Source: a virus
Taxonomy: Duplodnaviria > Caudoviricetes
DNA: 64,000 bases
Virus record (IMG/VR): IMGVR_UViG_3300033498_000048
Coordinates: 241,783-305,782 of that record
Direction: 5' to 3' (one strand)
A model generated the notes under the pieces. That model had not been told where the DNA came from, did not search any database, and was given only the letters and a program-made list of their open reading frames with translations. A program made the position numbers and the translations under genes. Positions 47,527 through 56,770 of the stretch are shown in pieces (within the stretch, counting starts at the first letter, position 1; each line of letters begins with the position of its first letter).

Positions 47527-49695
47527 ATGTACTTACCACCATCAGCAAAATCTACGAATTTTAAATGGGAATCACAAATTCTAAGTTCAATTGATAATGA
47601 CCCACTTGACAACCTAGTTACATTATCAATGCCATGTGAATCAATATATGATGAAAAAGGTCATACAATTACCATAGTGAATAGCGATTACCCTCCAGTA
47701 ATCAATATTGGAAACAGTCGAGATGGAACAGGCTGCTTGAGTTTAATTGGTGATGGTGTGAATACCAATTCAACATATTGTTATTTAATTGGAAATGAAT
47801 TTTTAATTGATGATAGTGTAAATTCTTGTATTGAGTTTTGGACAAAGTTTAATGCTATTCCAGCTAACACTAAACTAATATCAAATCAGAGTGGTGATTA
47901 TACCAATTGGAGTGTAGAAGTAAATGGAACAAACAATATTCAATTAGTATGTGGTAATTCAACTGGTAATACTCAAATTGTTATATTCGATTCAAATACA
48001 TTAGAATTAAATATCTGGAAACACCACGCCTTTATTAAAATAGACAAAGCATGGAAATACTTTTTAAATGGAATTGAACAACGATATTCACAATATACGA
48101 TTAATATGGGATATGTTCCAGTATTACAATCAAATGTTGTATTGAATATGAATTTCAATTCAAAGATTTCTGATGATAGTGGAAAAGCAATAACTGTAAT
48201 AGGTAACTCACAATTATCAACTTCAATAAAAAAGTATGGGAATAGTTCATTGTTTCTAAATGGAGGATATATCACAACACAATCAATGGACATAGTTCAA
48301 AATGAGGACTTTACATTAGAGTTTTGGGTATATCCATTAAACATTTCAAGCAATACAGCATTAATAATGGGGATTGGAAATAGAAGTGGGGTAATGTTTA
48401 ATTCAGGTGGAAATATACTTTGGTTAGGTGAAGACATTACAACAACTGGAACATTGATTATTAATAGCTGGAATCATATTGCAATATCTAGGACAACCAA
48501 CATAATAACACTGTTTTTAAATGGGAATGCAATTGGTACTGGAACATCAACCCAAGCACAAAGCTTAAATTCATTTGGAAACAATGTGTATGGTCAACAA
48601 TTAAATGGTTATTTAGATGATGTTAGGATAACGAGAGGACTTGGTAAATACAATACTAATTTCACACCAATAGAACTTCAATATCCAGTAACTAGCACAT
48701 ATAGATTAAATATTGGAAAACCAAGTCCAACATATACGGTAAAGTATGTGACATTGGGTTTAAATATGGAAGGTGTTGATGGTTCAACATCAATTATTGA
48801 CTCAACTGGAAAAACAATTTCAGTTGCAGGAAACACTAACATCAAAACAAGTAAATTTAAATATGGAACAAGCTCTGTTTATTTTGATGGTAGTGGCGAT
48901 TATTTATTTGCTGATAATAAAGGAATAGCTGCATTTGGATTAAACACATTCACAGTTGAAGTATGGGTGTATTTACTATCATATGGTGGAGGTGGGTATA
49001 GTGACTATTCTGGTACAATATTTGATTCAAGAACTTCTGGTGGTGATACTGGTGGATTATTAGTAATAACAACAACATCTGGCACACTTATATTGCATAG
49101 TATAGCAACAGGTACAATTGTATTACCATTAAACACATGGGTCCATATTGCAGTTTCTAGGGATAGTGGTTATATTAGAACATTCGTAAATGGAATTAAA
49201 GATATTGAAATAACAAACACAACAAATTATACTGGAGATATGGTTACTATTGGTAATGTTGTTGATGGGAGAACTAATAACACCTATTTAAAGTTCTATG
49301 GGTATATGGATAATTTATTTGTTTTTTCTGGTATTGGTAAATACACTTCTAATTTCACTCCAACTGAGCCTATTGAGTATTTTAGACCTTTAATGTATTT
49401 GGATGATATTAGAATAACAATCAATTCAAATAGATATTTAACTAACTTTAGTTTAGATGATTCAAAAAGGTATTTATTTACAAAATCTGGAATTGTGTAT
49501 GATAAATCTGGTATTCCATCGAAACGGTTAATTCGATTGTATAATAGAAAAACTGGCAATCTTGTTAATGAAACCTTTAGTGATGAAATGACTGGAATGT
49601 GGTCATTAACTACACCATATCCAGACACTCACTTTGTAGTAGCCCATGATAATACTGGAGCAATTAATACCAGTATCATTATTGACCGTGTTTAA
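47527..49695 (+). CDS. Tail fibre / receptor-binding protein with three LamG-like domains
   Basis: Repeated F(T/C).EFW, W.H.A..R......F.NG, YLDD.RIT; SS(L/V)(F/Y)...G motifs. Confidence 0.85.
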   Translation: MYLPPSAKSTNFKWESQILSSIDNDPLDNLVTLSMPCESIYDEKGHTITIVNSDYPPVINIGNSRDGTGCLSLIGDGVNTNSTYCYLIGNEFLIDDSVNSCIEFWTKFNAIPANTKLISNQSGDYTNWSVEVNGTNNIQLVCGNSTGNTQIVIFDSNTLELNIWKHHAFIKIDKAWKYFLNGIEQRYSQYTINMGYVPVLQSNVVLNMNFNSKISDDSGKAITVIGNSQLSTSIKKYGNSSLFLNGGYITTQSMDIVQNEDFTLEFWVYPLNISSNTALIMGIGNRSGVMFNSGGNILWLGEDITTTGTLIINSWNHIAISRTTNIITLFLNGNAIGTGTSTQAQSLNSFGNNVYGQQLNGYLDDVRITRGLGKYNTNFTPIELQYPVTSTYRLNIGKPSPTYTVKYVTLGLNMEGVDGSTSIIDSTGKTISVAGNTNIKTSKFKYGTSSVYFDGSGDYLFADNKGIAAFGLNTFTVEVWVYLLSYGGGGYSDYSGTIFDSRTSGGDTGGLLVITTTSGTLILHSIATGTIVLPLNTWVHIAVSRDSGYIRTFVNGIKDIEITNTTNYTGDMVTIGNVVDGRTNNTYLKFYGYMDNLFVFSGIGKYTSNFTPTEPIEYFRPLMYLDDIRITINSNRYLTNFSLDDSKRYLFTKSGIVYDKSGIPSKRLIRLYNRKTGNLVNETFSDEMTGMWSLTTPYPDTHFVVAHDNTGAINTSIIIDRV

Positions 49696-49711
49696 GCTTA
49701 CCTTACACAAA

Positions 49712-49923
49712 TCAATAGGTTAGCACTTACAGGTGTTAGTTAATTAGTACCAGTGTCCAAGTGCTAACTCATTGATAATTCAAACAACAGACACAACTTG
49801 GCTTGTGTGATAGTGGATATTAAACTGCTAACTTAGTCTTTCAGTATAATTGACAAGAATCAACAGGTTAGCACTTGGAACAGTTATATAACTAAGACCA
49901 GTCTGCAAGTGCTAACTCATTGA
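49712..49923. repeat. Palindromic repeat array (locus 8)
   Basis: Units 49712-49775 and 49860-49923 with a degenerate site between. Confidence 0.95.
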
Positions 49924-49953
49924 TTCGTAATAATTGACAATATTGTTACACGA

Positions 49954-50751
49954 TTAACCAACACACTTTGGAACGATACAATTAGGAGTTAATTTTAGGA
50001 TTTTTACATACTCGGCTATCAACAAATTGAAGTGGAACGTGTCTAAATTGCGTTCCAAGTGGTCATACAGCGTGAAAAAATTACTTGCCATACTAACGTT
50101 GAGCTTTAGGTTTAACGAGTCATTAACAAGCGTTAATGCTGTTTGTGGAGATGTTGTAACGATGTTGTTGGATTGATTTTTAATTCCAAGTGTGTGTACA
50201 AAAATCAATCCAATTATATTAAACAATGCAACTAATAATTGAGTTCTATGTAAACCCTTAATATTGTGGTCATCATACACATCTGAAAAATATGCAAATT
50301 GTAACCAATTTAAATTACCCACCATCCAATCTATTTGAACTATAGAATCATTGTTATATTGTGGAAAACTAGAAAATATTGTTCCAGTTGTTATTTTCTT
50401 TAGGTTGATATTAATCAATTTTGAACTTGAGTTAATAACATCAGACATTTCAATTAATATTGCTTTAAGTCTTAATTGTGATTCATTTGACGTTCTTGCT
50501 CTATTATTTAACTTTTCAATTCGTTTGTATAGTTTGGTTGGATTGATGTTTAGCTTAATTGGACATAATATCGTTTCAGATATACCTAAATCAATATCTC
50601 CAGATTCTGCTTTTTTACCAGTAGAACCTAATGGAATAAAGTTAAAATTAACAATAGGAAAAATCCTATTTAATTCACAAACATATTCGTTAATGGTTGG
50701 AGATATTAATTCCAGTTTAATTGGTGGTGTGTTGTATGTGTGACCACCCAT
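49954..50751 (-). CDS. Pol-beta-superfamily nucleotidyltransferase
   Basis: LGSTGKKAESGDIDLG (GS...DxD), VQIDWMVG. Confidence 0.75.
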   Translation of the reverse strand: MGGHTYNTPPIKLELISPTINEYVCELNRIFPIVNFNFIPLGSTGKKAESGDIDLGISETILCPIKLNINPTKLYKRIEKLNNRARTSNESQLRLKAILIEMSDVINSSSKLININLKKITTGTIFSSFPQYNNDSIVQIDWMVGNLNWLQFAYFSDVYDDHNIKGLHRTQLLVALFNIIGLIFVHTLGIKNQSNNIVTTSPQTALTLVNDSLNLKLNVSMASNFFTLYDHLERNLDTFHFNLLIAEYVKILKLTPNCIVPKCVG

Positions 50752-50972
50752 AATTATTCACCTTGTTTCTTAGGTAAACGGTTTGTTCCAATGAATATCA
50801 AAATATCAATCAATGTGTAAATTAATATACCAGATACCATATTGGATAGTTCTTTAATTGATTGCGATAACAAAAAACAAAATAATATTGTCAATACTAC
50901 TAATGATATTTCTTTTTTATAAGTAATTTCCATAATTTATATAACTCTCGTAAAATATTGTTGAATCAATGT

Positions 50973-51554
50973 TCAATTCATTGTAGATTTAATATATTTT
51001 TTTGATTCAATCCACTGTTTAGTTGTCAAATCAAAAACATGAGGAACAGATTTTATTAGTACCAACGAGTGGGTACTAATAATCACTTGATTGTTTTCAG
51101 ATGCAAGTTTTAATTCTCTAGCCAATTTATATTGATTTGATAAACACAATGCTGATTCTGGTTCATCTAATAATATAACTGAATTTTCAACTGTATTTAC
51201 TATATCAACTGTAAATTGTTTTAATATTTCACCATGAGACTTCCACCTAGATAATAGTGCATTTTTTACACCAATTCCAATATCAGTACCATCTGGACTT
51301 GAATACAATTGTGCATTTTTTGTCCTAGGGTTCATCGTTTCTGTATCAAAATAATATGATTTAACGCTATTACCATCACTATTTAAAACATAGTTGATAT
51401 ATCGTTTATCATGTCGCGATAATAAGTCTAATAAAGAACTTTTACCAGTTCCCTGTCCACCGACAAATACAACCAAGTCTTGTAATTTAATGTTCAAATT
51501 GACTGGAAGACTTCGATATGGAGCTATGATTGACACCTCACTTAGAAAAATCAT
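50973..51554 (-). CDS. ABC-type (AAA_21/SMC-like) ATPase
   Basis: GGQGTGKS, SHGE signature, LLDEPESAL, ISTHS. Confidence 0.9.
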   Translation of the reverse strand: MIFLSEVSIIAPYRSLPVNLNIKLQDLVVFVGGQGTGKSSLLDLLSRHDKRYINYVLNSDGNSVKSYYFDTETMNPRTKNAQLYSSPDGTDIGIGVKNALLSRWKSHGEILKQFTVDIVNTVENSVILLDEPESALCLSNQYKLARELKLASENNQVIISTHSLVLIKSVPHVFDLTTKQWIESKKYIKSTMN

Positions 51555-51904
51555 TTTACTATCCTCAAATGTGGTCGTTTCTTTGTTTTTTGTGGTTCTA
51601 TTGGTAAATCGTTAGGTTTGAAGTGTAATCCAATATCTGGATTATCTTTATCATAAATTGCTAAGACATCTTTATTAATATCAAATTCCAAATCATAATG
51701 TTTACGATTAAATGATACTCCTATTTTGACCAATCCATCGTTGAAATTGACATACCCAACAGCATGGTCTGATAAGTTTAATGTGATATTACCATTATCA
51801 GAAAGGTAATTCAAATACGGAGGACAATTTGAACATACAATATGTGGAGTCAATTTATGTTTAATACAATACAAATACATACCTTCAACTAAAACATTTT
51901 TCAT
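51551..51904 (-). CDS. sspB: SspB-like ClpXP specificity-enhancing factor
   Basis: Y.YC...LTPHIV...GNITLNLSDHAV...VLAIY.KDN..IGL.F and C-terminal RPHLRIVK (cf. E. coli RPALRVVK). Confidence 0.85.
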   Translation of the reverse strand: MKNVLVEGMYLYCIKHKLTPHIVCSNCPPYLNYLSDNGNITLNLSDHAVGYVNFNDGLVKIGVSFNRKHYDLEFDINKDVLAIYDKDNPDIGLHFKPNDLPIEPQKTKKRPHLRIVK

Positions 51905-51920
51905 TACAATACCATCCTTA

Positions 51921-52464
51921 TTATCGTTTCATATAAATTACTACTCTAACATCGTCTTCATGGACAACTTCATTATCATCCACATACGAGCTAATCCCAT
52001 TAATTACACTATAGGCTTCTCCTGGAATACCATCATTCATATTGGTATCAATTTTGAATCCATATTTACCATACAGTTTAAATAGTCCACCATCTCCATC
52101 ACGGAATGCGAAACAATCTAATCGTTTTGCTCCATTCTCGATTGCACTTTGCATTATAGCATTTCCAGACGAACCCTGTGAACTGAATACTGATACCAAT
52201 TCATTACCATGTAAAGCATATCCAGAGCTATTGTTATCACCTAAATAACATTCCATCTCATTATACTCACGCACTGAATATATTGTTAGTGTGTCCAATC
52301 CTTTTCAGCATCACCCCTAGCAATATCATTGGACTTTATCTTACTAATTGCAGTGGCAAATGTCCTACCATCGGTTTTGTTAAAACTATCTCCACTCGTT
52401 AAAGCTTGTCCTTTTTTAAGTTCCATATCAGCAAAGTCTCTTTAATGTATTCAGAAAAACTCAT
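51921..52464 (-). pseudogene. Frameshifted GNAT-like internal-protein gene
   Basis: MSFSEYIKE leader at 52464; two one-base shortfalls (about 52440 and about 52302) link it to the track ORF with ELVSVFS...AIENGAKRLDCF...LYGKYGF. Confidence 0.6.
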
Positions 52465-52476
52465 ATAGTTCATTTA

Positions 52477-53145
52477 TTACATTCCATTTGATTGTTCATA
52501 TTGGTATATCACATCAAGTACCTTGGACAATATACACTTTGTTGATATGAAATCATTGTTAGATTTCATATACAATCGCTTATTCACTTCTATCATAATA
52601 GACATGACAGCAATATTATTTATATACTGTGTTGGAATGATACTTCCAGAATATGGGACATTAATTCCAATAGTGTAATTTGAATCAAGCAATACCCCAA
52701 CAACATCACAAACTAATTCTGGAGGTGTTTGATTAGTTGTTCCAATACGAATATCTGGCGAATTATTATCTCCAGTAAATGAGTGACAATCTACAACAAC
52801 AACGATTGGAAAATAACATAATGCCTTTGCTACAAGTTTGTTTAATTCATTGTGCCATTTGTTGTAAATGTTTTCGATAATCCAATCTTTATCAACGACT
52901 TCAATTGGATTATCATTAGCACCCTTTGTATAACAAATTCCATGTCCATCCTTGTATAGTGGCTCTATATCATCTGGGAAACGTTCAACATCACATACGA
53001 ATCTTGAAACATCTTGGACCATAAGGTCAGCACCTTCGTGATGGAATAATAACTGTGTTGACCAGTCGGTTAATGCGTCAATATCACTTGATTCAATGTT
53101 TCGTCCCAATGTATTTACACCTGAATGTGGAATGTGTAATATCAT
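52477..53145 (-). CDS. N-formylglutamate amidohydrolase-family protein
   Basis: ILHIPHSG, SRFVCDVER, VVDCHSF, PDIRIG, NVPYSG, IMIEVNKRLY; start moved to MILHIP. Confidence 0.85.
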   Translation of the reverse strand: MILHIPHSGVNTLGRNIESSDIDALTDWSTQLLFHHEGADLMVQDVSRFVCDVERFPDDIEPLYKDGHGICYTKGANDNPIEVVDKDWIIENIYNKWHNELNKLVAKALCYFPIVVVVDCHSFTGDNNSPDIRIGTTNQTPPELVCDVVGVLLDSNYTIGINVPYSGSIIPTQYINNIAVMSIMIEVNKRLYMKSNNDFISTKCILSKVLDVIYQYEQSNGM

Positions 53146-53155
53146 ATCATTAATC

Positions 53156-53389
53156 CTATTTTGTGGTTGGAATGTTAATACAGCATAATCCATATATGAA
53201 ACCAAACAGTTCACAATACGAATCGACTGGATGTATAAACTTATTACTATTGCGTAGCTGATACAACCAAACAATAAATCCTATAACTAATATGTATTGT
53301 AATGTTAATATTATTAATATTGTTACAACTAAACATATAAAACAATTAATTAAAATTTCTTTTGATACTTTGAATTTAGGTTTTATCAT
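53156..53389 (-). CDS. Small membrane protein
   Basis: Long hydrophobic segment. Confidence 0.45.
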   Translation of the reverse strand: MIKPKFKVSKEILINCFICLVVTILIILTLQYILVIGFIVWLYQLRNSNKFIHPVDSYCELFGFIYGLCCINIPTTK

Positions 53390-53573
53390 ATGATTCCAAT
53401 GTTTTTAAGTATTCAGTAGCAAACTGAATCTGCTCATAGCAATATTCAATGTATGCTTCAATTGCTTGTTGACTAGCCGATTCATTAAACTCTGTAAAGT
53501 CGCCAAACCCATCTCCTACAAATAGAATACCATTTTCGCTTTTTTGTATTGAGTTAATCCAATTGGTTATCAT
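53376..53573 (-). CDS. Hypothetical acidic protein
   Basis: 65 aa, coupled to neighbours. Confidence 0.5.
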   Translation of the reverse strand: MITNWINSIQKSENGILFVGDGFGDFTEFNESASQQAIEAYIEYCYEQIQFATEYLKTLESYDKT

Positions 53574-55075
53574 ATAATGTCCCTCGATAGTTTTAATAAA
53601 GTATCATTAATTGGTTGTGTGTCGTCTGGGAGCCAGTTTCTTATGCGACCAACTGCGATATTGAGTTTTTGTAACGTGTTAATGTCCTTAAAATACAAAT
53701 GAATTGTACCCTTCATGTATATTTTGACTGTAAAATGTTTTGATTCCATTTTTATGCCAGCAAAAAAGTTATTAGCTTTAATCGAATTTACAATTCCATT
53801 AGTTAAATCTGGAATATTGCCTAGCAATCTGTCTAGTACCATATCAACATCATTGAGTGTGGATTCCCCGTGATAATCAAAATCTAATTTGTTATTATAA
53901 CTCAATTTTACAATATTTGGTAATACAACTCGCCTTTTCGTGAATATTGGTTTATCGGTAGTTTTATTCCATCCAATTTCACCAACAACTGTTTTAGTAT
54001 TACTTTTCCAACCTTCATAATGATTTCTATTATCTGGATAATACTTTGTGAACGTATCAAATATATCCAATAACGTGTGATTAAAAATTGCAATTGAATT
54101 ATCAAGTAATTCTTGTAAGAAGTACCTAATATTGTGTTCTGTAAATTCAAGTTTTGATATGTTGGTTCGTTTCTTTTCAAACTCACTCCTAACTGCACCA
54201 GTCATCAATTTTGAAAACTCTGAAACAGTCCACACGCCACCCCATGCAGAATCACGCAACGAGTCTAACTCGCTATTCAATTCTCGTTTAATATCATATT
54301 GTATTTCATATGCTGGAGATTTATATTGCGATGTTATCATTAAAGATTTGTAATATGTTGCTTTAGCTTTAGCAATACAAGCTTCCCTAGCCGAATTGAC
54401 TGCTAAGTTGTAATAGTTGACTAATTCAGATATTCTTGATTGTTTTATTGCTAATTGGTTTTGTAAGCTTGAATCCATTGCAGAATATTCAGGCTTAGAT
54501 TCTGATAATGAACTCAAATCAAAGAAGTCTTCAGCATAATTAGCAACTTTAACTAAATGTATTAACACAACTTCAACATCTGTAGAACGTTCACTATCGG
54601 TAAACGCATTTTCAATGTATTCAATTGTGTTTGTTGGATTAGATTCAATGATTGAAATTAATAACTTCCGTTCTTTTGAATATGGGTTTCGTATAGATTC
54701 CGCGTTTAATAATGCAATGACTTGTCCAGAATAAATCAAATTATACGCTCGCAATACATGATTAACCCCAACACTAAATGGAGGATTCATAACAATACAA
54801 TCATATAAAGTTGGACTCGAAAAATTCATAAAATCAAAACCAACGACATTACAACCCATTCCCCTTAATGAGTTTTGTAATACTGGTTCAATTTCTATAC
54901 AATCTATTGTTATTGTGTAATTGTTATATCTTTTAAATTCCTTTATTGCTTTAACAAGATTACCTGACCCAGCACTTGGTTCCAATATCGTTTTAGACTG
55001 TGGTTGTATTAGTTTAGCCATCTTTGTAGCTAACCAATCTGGAGTTGGGTAAAATTCAGTATCATTAATCGACAT
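53570..55075 (-). CDS. Adenine methyltransferase with DUF4942-like C-terminal domain
   Basis: EFYPTP, ILEPSAGSG, IVMNPPF, ALLNAESIRNP; C-term HYEGWKSN, YMKGTIHLYF. Confidence 0.85.
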   Translation of the reverse strand: MSINDTEFYPTPDWLATKMAKLIQPQSKTILEPSAGSGNLVKAIKEFKRYNNYTITIDCIEIEPVLQNSLRGMGCNVVGFDFMNFSSPTLYDCIVMNPPFSVGVNHVLRAYNLIYSGQVIALLNAESIRNPYSKERKLLISIIESNPTNTIEYIENAFTDSERSTDVEVVLIHLVKVANYAEDFFDLSSLSESKPEYSAMDSSLQNQLAIKQSRISELVNYYNLAVNSAREACIAKAKATYYKSLMITSQYKSPAYEIQYDIKRELNSELDSLRDSAWGGVWTVSEFSKLMTGAVRSEFEKKRTNISKLEFTEHNIRYFLQELLDNSIAIFNHTLLDIFDTFTKYYPDNRNHYEGWKSNTKTVVGEIGWNKTTDKPIFTKRRVVLPNIVKLSYNNKLDFDYHGESTLNDVDMVLDRLLGNIPDLTNGIVNSIKANNFFAGIKMESKHFTVKIYMKGTIHLYFKDINTLQKLNIAVGRIRNWLPDDTQPINDTLLKLSRDII

Positions 55076-55114
55076 TTGTGTTTCTCGGATAGTTGACTTG
55101 GTTGTTCCAATAAA

Positions 55115-55225
55115 TCAATAAGTTAGCACTTGGAACAGTTATATAACTAATACATCCATGTAAGTGCTAACTTATTGATTTAATTGATAATGATTACAAT
55201 GTAACAAAATCAATAAGTTAGCATT
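55115..55225. repeat. Palindromic repeat array (locus 9)
   Basis: Unit 55115-55178; half-site 55210. Confidence 0.9.
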
Positions 55226-55226
55226 G

Positions 55227-55436
55227 TTATTGTCCAGAAGAACTGACAACATTTACCTTAACGTTTGGAAAATTAACACTGCAATATTTTTCTGCATCAA
55301 CAGCATAGAAGGTCATTATTAAGTTAGTATTATTAGTTGGAATTGAGTCAGGTAGATTTGTTTTAACATAAACTTTACCTGACTTAGATTTTTCAGTGTC
55401 TTTAATTATTGTTATTTCAATCACATTAATACTCAT
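55227..55436 (-). CDS. Hypothetical protein
   Basis: 69 aa. Confidence 0.5.
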   Translation of the reverse strand: MSINVIEITIIKDTEKSKSGKVYVKTNLPDSIPTNNTNLIMTFYAVDAEKYCSVNFPNVKVNVVSSSGQ

Positions 55437-55483
55437 TTAAGTTCACCTTTGTGTTAATTAAAAACTGTATTTTATATTGAATC

Positions 55484-56119
55484 TTAACCAGTTGTCAATA
55501 CATTTTTTACTATTTTTTGAGTTCTCCAATGTTTGTCATTAATAGCCACATGGTTGTTTCTAACGAACTTAGCAACACAGTCTTTAAAACTGTTGTAGTT
55601 AAATCCGTCTGCTAATCGAATGACATATCCCTCGTTTACCGTAAAGTCCATATTTGATTCAATGTCTCTAATTTTCTTAATATTGAATATACCATCATAT
55701 AAGATTGGAACTGATTCAATATTAAATAACTGAAACCACTCCAATGTTTCATCCCAACTTAAGCAATTGTTTTTGTCGTTCCAAATTGATATTCCGTTAA
55801 TATATGAACTTAAGTTGTTATAGTGAATTGAATGCTTTGCATACAAATTCTCAAAACAAACACGCCAATCTGTTGGTATGTCTTGTTGAAAACTTGCACA
55901 ATGTTTTTTAGCCCAATTCCTACTCTCGTGATTTTGCGAATCTAAGCTTCTAGCATGAAAGTAGTTTTTGTATGTTGTATTATTTTCACCGTCCATCTTC
56001 AATGTAACAATTACTCTTTTATTTTCAAAACTATCAACACTTTGCAGCACTTTATCATCACTACTGACTCCAAGACTCCAAGGTAGGTGGAAAGTTCTTG
56101 GATATTTAACTAATTTCAT
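55484..56119 (-). CDS. RNA ligase, Rnl2-like adenylyltransferase domain
   Basis: KYPRTFHLPWS, LKMDGEN (motif I), FENL, EGYVIR, AKFVR. Confidence 0.85.
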   Translation of the reverse strand: MKLVKYPRTFHLPWSLGVSSDDKVLQSVDSFENKRVIVTLKMDGENNTTYKNYFHARSLDSQNHESRNWAKKHCASFQQDIPTDWRVCFENLYAKHSIHYNNLSSYINGISIWNDKNNCLSWDETLEWFQLFNIESVPILYDGIFNIKKIRDIESNMDFTVNEGYVIRLADGFNYNSFKDCVAKFVRNNHVAINDKHWRTQKIVKNVLTTG

Positions 56120-56448
56120 ATTATCTCCATTAAATTTATTTGATTGTTTGGAATGACAATTAACGATTTGATGTATTTAATTAGTTTGTTTTTTGTTTCT
56201 GTAGACTTGAAATACATTGTATTATCATAACCCGTAACAAGTAAGAATCCAATCAACTCAGTGTCAATGAATATGAATACACCATCTTTGTAATCATAGG
56301 CTTTTAGTTTACCCTTTGAGTCATTTACTGTTAAGTTTATTCCAAGTGATTTGATTAACCTATTGACATTGAATCGGTCAGACGTTTTAGTTTTATGGAC
56401 TGAATCAATTGTAGCTTGTTTTATTTTCATATTCAATATATTCCTCAT
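56116..56448 (-). CDS. Hypothetical protein
   Basis: 110 aa. Confidence 0.5.
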   Translation of the reverse strand: MRNILNMKIKQATIDSVHKTKTSDRFNVNRLIKSLGINLTVNDSKGKLKAYDYKDGVFIFIDTELIGFLLVTGYDNTMYFKSTETKNKLIKYIKSLIVIPNNQINLMEII

Positions 56449-56770
56449 AGATTTTATTCATATCTAAATTTGACCCACTAAAATGGAATACCGTTAATGA
56501 CAATTTGAATTTACCATAAACGAATATCTTTGGAACAAATTTATACCTAAAATTTTTAAAACCAGTTCCACGTCTTTTCATTGAATATGGGACTTTGACT
56601 TTTGAATATACAATTCCCATATCATTTGTACCAACAATTAAAACCAAATCTTGGGCTATTTGTATTTGTGGATTTCGACTAAATCTAGTTTCAAATCTAC
56701 CTTGTTTAAAATTCCAAACAATACTCTCAAATCGTTTCTCAATACTAAACGATGTAAACTTATCTTTCAT
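56405..56770 (-). CDS. Hypothetical protein
   Basis: 121 aa. Confidence 0.5.
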   Translation of the reverse strand: MKDKFTSFSIEKRFESIVWNFKQGRFETRFSRNPQIQIAQDLVLIVGTNDMGIVYSKVKVPYSMKRRGTGFKNFRYKFVPKIFVYGKFKLSLTVFHFSGSNLDMNKIYEEYIEYENKTSYN

